Source: Chiloscyllium plagiosum (lineage: Eukaryota). Taken from it: 64,000 nt of DNA. The translations under genes were made by a program, and so were the position numbers. Location of the stretch: NCBI RefSeq assembly GCF_004010195.1, contig NC_057719.1:21772576-21836575 (forward strand), given 5' to 3'. Below the pieces are notes generated by a model that searched no databases, was not told where the DNA came from, and worked only from the letters and a program-made list of their open reading frames with translations. Shown here piece after piece: positions 62,795-64,000 of this stretch. The first letter of the stretch is position 1; every line of letters begins with the position of its first letter.

Positions 62795-63285
62795 ACAGAA
62801 ATATAGAAAAAAGGAAAGGAATAGTTTTTTTTAATCTGTTCTATCATTCAATGTGATCATGACTGATTATTCATCTCAATATCCTGTTCTTCCTTTCTCC
62901 CCAATCCTTTGATCTCCTTCATTTGAAGAACGAGACCTCCTTCATGAAAGCATTCTCTGTGGCAGAGGCTTACCACAATGTGGGTGAAAATATTTCTCCT
63001 CATCTTAGAACTGAATGTTGTACCCAGTATCCTTAGACTGTGACCACCCACCTGGAAGTGGACTCCTCAGTCATCAGGAACATTCTTCCTGCATTTACCT
63101 TGTCCAGTCCTGTAAGAATCTTATAGATTTCCAGGAGGTCTCCGTTGTTTTTCTAAGCTCCAGTGAATATAGTCCTAATTGGTTCAGTCTCTCTTCATGT
63201 GCCAGTGTTGCCATCTCAGGAATCAGTCTGGCAAAACTTAGTTGTATTCCTTCCATATCCAGAACATCTTTCGTCAGATAAGGGG
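62795..63285 (-). mobile_element. CR1-type LINE 3' fragment
   Basis: PYLTKDVLDMEGIQLSFARLIPEM...ERLNQLGLYSLE. Confidence 0.88.
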
Positions 63286-63539
63286 ATGGGTGTGATATTG
63301 TATCAAGATTGAAGGTGATGTCAAATAAGGGTGTGAAGAAGTGCCTAAACAGAGAGGAATGGGTCAGATGTAAAATGAGTTGGAATGAGGATTGATATAT
63401 AGCAGTATGGGAAGACAAAATGAAGGAGAGTGAGAAGGGACACACATAAGTCAATTGAATGTGTTAGTCCAATCATCTTTCCTGCTGTGATTAGACTATT
63501 AAACTTCCAGCACTGAAGTCTGGAACATAGCCCTACACC

Positions 63540-63840
63540 TCATAAAACTCCTACAGTGTGGGAGCAGGTTATTTGACCCTCTGAAGAGCATCCCAACCAG
63601 ACCCACCACACCCTGTAACCTGCATTTCCTATGGCTAACTACCTAGCCTGCACATCCCTGAACACTATGGGCAATTTAGCATGGCCAGTCTACCCAACCT
63701 ACACATTTTTGGACTGTGGGAGGAAACCCACAAGAGGAGAACATGCAAACTCCACACAGACAGTTGCCTGAGGTTAGAATTGAACCCAAGTCCCTGGCAC
63801 TGTGAAGTAGCAGTGCTAACCTCTGAGCCATCATGCCACT
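63540..63840 (-). mobile_element. HE1-related V-SINE
   Basis: Reverse V-domain (tgcaaactccacacagacag) and tRNA head. Confidence 0.88.
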
Positions 63841-64000
63841 CCATTACTGTGCACTATTATCTCTTTTTCTGACCTGCTCAGCAATTTCCAAACACTTCAT
63901 CTTACTCTCTGCAACAGGCTCTTCTTTCTCCTGTCAACAGGGAATAGCACCATCTCTGAGGATGCCTCTTTGAAGCATGGTGCCACTGTTCCAAAAACGT

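Overview
Eukaryotic, repeat-rich genomic DNA, not prokaryotic. The repeat families (HE1-type V-SINEs, CR1/HER1-type LINEs, Deu-domain SINEs, Penelope-like elements) point to a cartilaginous fish, probably a shark; this is inferred from repeat content only. I cannot support any intact protein-coding gene. The ORF-track entries I recognise are broken retroelement or transposon fragments (CR1 endonuclease/RT, Rex1/Babar, Penelope RT and GIY-YIG, Harbinger Myb/SANT). The main signal is four sequence-distinct Penelope-type terminal-repeat families, each carrying a minimal type-I hammerhead ribozyme core (CUGANGA, stem II, GAAA, NUH). Three families sit next to Penelope ORF remnants here, and several copies are short solo or fold-back insertions with 11-15 bp target-site duplications. 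Other structures include a perfect 43-bp inverted templated insertion at a SINE junction, a ~400-bp hairpin that copies flanking DNA, and one Deu-SINE cut into four pieces by three later insertions. There is also a TA-flanked pogo/Tigger-like element, two minisatellites, several enhancer-like unique blocks and a weak candidate exon pair near 62.2-62.7 kb. Family names come from my recall of consensus sequences, not from a database search, and the boundaries of decayed repeats are approximate.
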